The position numbers and the translations under genes were made by a program. The notes under the pieces were generated by a model. The model searched no databases. It saw only the letters and a list, made by a program, of their open reading frames with translations, and was not told the origin of the DNA. A stretch of 25,153 nt of DNA, taken from positions 1 to 25,153 of the IMG/VR virus record IMGVR_UViG_3300037484_000343, one strand, 5' to 3'. Within the stretch, counting starts at the first letter, position 1, and every line of letters starts with the position of its first letter. Below are positions 24,602 to 25,153 of the stretch, one piece after another. The DNA comes from a virus (Duplodnaviria; Caudoviricetes).

Positions 24602-25153
24602 ATGGATCAAACAACCATCGTACTAAATATTGTCGTGCCTTTAATCACCTCCGGCGTCGTCGGCGCGATCATCACGTTCTTTAACCAGCGCGAAAACAAC
24701 CGTATGCGGGTTGAGATGGCGAAAATCAAAAACGAGCGCGAAGAAAAGCGCGATGAATCAGCTGTAAACAAAGGGTTGGTGTCTTTGGCGACGACGATTG
24801 CTCAGATGTTTGAGCCATTTCGCCAGACGCTCGAAGACGGGGCGAAAGCGACCAGTGGGGCGGCGGCGCTGGTCAAGGAACTCATGGAGCGCGCGGACAA
24901 GATGCACGAGGTGGTTGTTCGCCGCGACAGTGAGGCGCAGCAAGACCGGGATACCGCCACGACGCGCTACACGGAGATTGTAACCCGTCTGGACAAATAC
25001 CAGGGCGCGCTGGACAGCATCGCCCGGCAGGTGACGATCAATACCGACGAAAACACGCTGCGTCATCAGTTCAGCATGGCGCTGCTGCTGATCAAGGAGA
25101 TTGGCGTAGACACGAAGCGGTTGATCAGCCGCGACCTGGAACAGCCCGGCGAA
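24602..25153 (+). CDS. Single-TM coiled-coil protein, 3'-truncated; possible holin or lysis-module gene
   Basis: Absent from the ORF track because it has no stop in the window. ATG 24602 follows GTGGGGAAAC and is open for 184 codons: MDQTTIVLNIVVPLITSGVVGAIITFFNQRENNRMRVEMAKIKNEREEK... Confidence 0.7.
   Translation, partial: MDQTTIVLNIVVPLITSGVVGAIITFFNQRENNRMRVEMAKIKNEREEKRDESAVNKGLVSLATTIAQMFEPFRQTLEDGAKATSGAAALVKELMERADKMHEVVVRRDSEAQQDRDTATTRYTEIVTRLDKYQGALDSIARQVTINTDENTLRHQFSMALLLIKEIGVDTKRLISRDLEQPGE

Larger units (their letters stand above)
1..25153 (+). mobile_element. Tailed phage/prophage packaging, head and tail gene cluster (siphovirus-like), extending beyond both window ends
   Basis: Co-oriented, overlapping or abutting genes in canonical order: terminase, portal, protease, capsid, neck, tube, chaperones, tape measure, tail tip, tailspike. 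No sheath gene recognised. No att site or integrase here, so prophage versus free phage cannot be decided. Confidence 0.95.

Noticed and set aside
1-25153. Host assignment, gene transfer agent or contractile injection system
   Set aside because: No host markers are present. There is no sheath gene, and a complete head plus a long tape measure fit an ordinary siphovirus; a GTA cannot be supported without flanking context.

Overview
The window is one tightly packed, all-plus-strand morphogenesis operon of a GC-rich tailed phage or prophage, most likely a siphovirus (tail tube, frameshifted chaperones and tape measure, with no sheath gene). Gene order: a partial GT-C/GT87-like membrane protein, ParB-like/DNA methyltransferase fusion, small terminase, large terminase, a 1060-aa portal polyprotein (portal + 2H phosphoesterase + MuF-like + small C-terminal domain), a prohead protease-scaffold-major capsid fusion with an internal RBS, four small putative decoration/fibre genes, neck and tail-completion genes, tail tube, tail assembly chaperones with a -1 frameshift (C CCA AAC), tape measure, distal tail protein, a multidomain tail-tip protein (PKD, discoidin, Asp-box propeller), an adaptor-like tail protein, a beta-helix tailspike, and a partial single-TM coiled-coil protein that may begin the lysis module. 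The most interesting observation is the portal-2H-MuF polyprotein. Its domain boundaries carry lysine motifs resembling the predicted capsid maturation site, which suggests a virion-packaged, protease-released phosphodiesterase, possibly Acb1-like anti-defence. All family calls come from motif recognition by eye; no searches were run. No integrase, endolysin, tRNA, rRNA or CRISPR array was recognised.
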